The notes beneath the pieces were generated by a model, which saw only the letters and a list, made by a program, of their open reading frames with translations, was not told the origin of the DNA and did no database searches. From assembly GCA_002633005.1 (NCBI GenBank), contig NMRA01000016.1, forward strand, positions 1,248,897-1,312,896: a stretch of DNA of 64,000 nt, in the 5' to 3' direction. Below, piece by piece: positions 62,880 through 64,000 of the stretch (the stretch's first letter is position 1; each line of letters starts with the position of its first letter). The DNA is from Phoronis australis (lineage: Eukaryota > Animalia > Phoronida). The position numbers were made by a program, and so were the translations under genes.

Positions 62880-63900
62880 CAATAAGTTCACGCACAAACA
62901 CCTTGGAATTGCTACTAGACCACAAGCTTACATTTACTCCGCACTGCCGCGAACTCGTTCCACAAAGTACAAAAATTAATCAATCAAATTAGAATTGTCT
63001 CTCGTCATCTCAACTCCATGCATCTTGAAACTCTGTTCAAGCCTTTTGTTCTTCCACATCTAGATTACAGTGACATAATCTACCAATCGGCAAACGCTGG
63101 CATACTCCCTCAATTAGAAAGACTACAATACCAAGCAGCTTTAGTCATAATAGGAGCATACAAAGGATCCAACACAATCAAGGTTCTAAACAGTCTCAAC
63201 TGGAGCAAACTAGCAACCCGTCGTAAACTCCACTTGTCCATGTACACATTCAAAGTCTTAACCAACATAAACAATTACTCAAACAAAAATGACTCCTACA
63301 AAAGACCTAACACGAGACCAGGACTGCAGCAAAGTAATATCCATCTTCCCTCAGCCAAGTCTTCAGGAAATCTACCATATTAACTTGTATTGACAACTGG
63401 AATTCCTTACCATCCAAAATAAAAGAGAGCACTTCAATCGTCACTCTAAAAATAAGTTTAAAATGCATACTACTACTCAAGAGTTGCCAGTCCCATTGAC
63501 ATCGCTCCAACTTCCTCGCAACCACGAAATAATCATATACAGATCAAGATGCGGTCTATTCCTAAACAACGAGAAATTTAAACATAATTTTAATAATATT
63601 TCGCCTCTGTGTTGCTGTGGAGACGCACAGGCAAATGCTCATGTTTTCTTTGCTCGTGAGGTATGCAAGGAGCAGAGGGTACAGCTTTTCCAGACACTCG
63701 AACAATACCCCAATATTTATAAAAATATTCTGAAATTCCGCAAGTGTTGAACAAAATTAATTTTTTTCTATATGGAAGTCAAGAACTCAACCCAAATGAA
63801 AATAAGGTTTTATTCGAATTAGTATCAAAATTTCGTTATAATATTAAATCTCTTTGTGTAAGTGGATAGAATTGTATAAATGTGTATGAAAATGATTTAT
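62880..63900 (+). mobile_element. 3' portion of a CR1/L2-clade LINE ORF2 (post-RT region), 5'-truncated and frameshifted
   Basis: LFKPFVLPHLDYSDIIY...LERLQYQAALVIIGA...LNWSKLATRRK...WNSLPSKIKESTS...RSRCG...SPLCCCG...HVFF are typical C-terminal LINE ORF2 motifs. Confidence 0.85.
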
Positions 63901-64000
63901 TTACATTCGTAATCATATGTCATTGTAATCTTAACAGTTTTTTATTTTATGTATTTGTGTAAAATAATTGTATACATATTTCTTTTTTGTGTATTTGTGT

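Overview
AT-rich eukaryotic (metazoan, probably marine invertebrate) genomic DNA, not prokaryotic. The main content is a tandem cluster of three paralogous 6-exon minus-strand genes (A 13509-20764, B 27689-33679, C 48925-53405). The ORF track only catches fragments of them. Manual splicing gives ~189-190 aa secreted proteins: a signal peptide, a Cys-Cys-Cys motif, a short coiled coil encoded by 32- and 29-nt micro-exons, and a CTHRC1-type C-terminal domain, with no Gly-X-Y collagen repeat. The genes lie in ~10-25 kb segmental-duplication units, and the right end of the window looks like the start of a further unit. The units carry different decayed transposons: CR1/L2-type and L1/Tx1-type LINE pieces, a Penelope-type GIY-YIG piece, tRNA-derived SINEs, a Tc1/mariner relic, a THAP-bearing P-like element with TIRs and TSD, a P2X7-ballast/KolX-like relic and several MITEs. 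Three near-identical tandem duplications joined at a single N are probably assembly artefacts. All family assignments come from visual recognition, not database searches.
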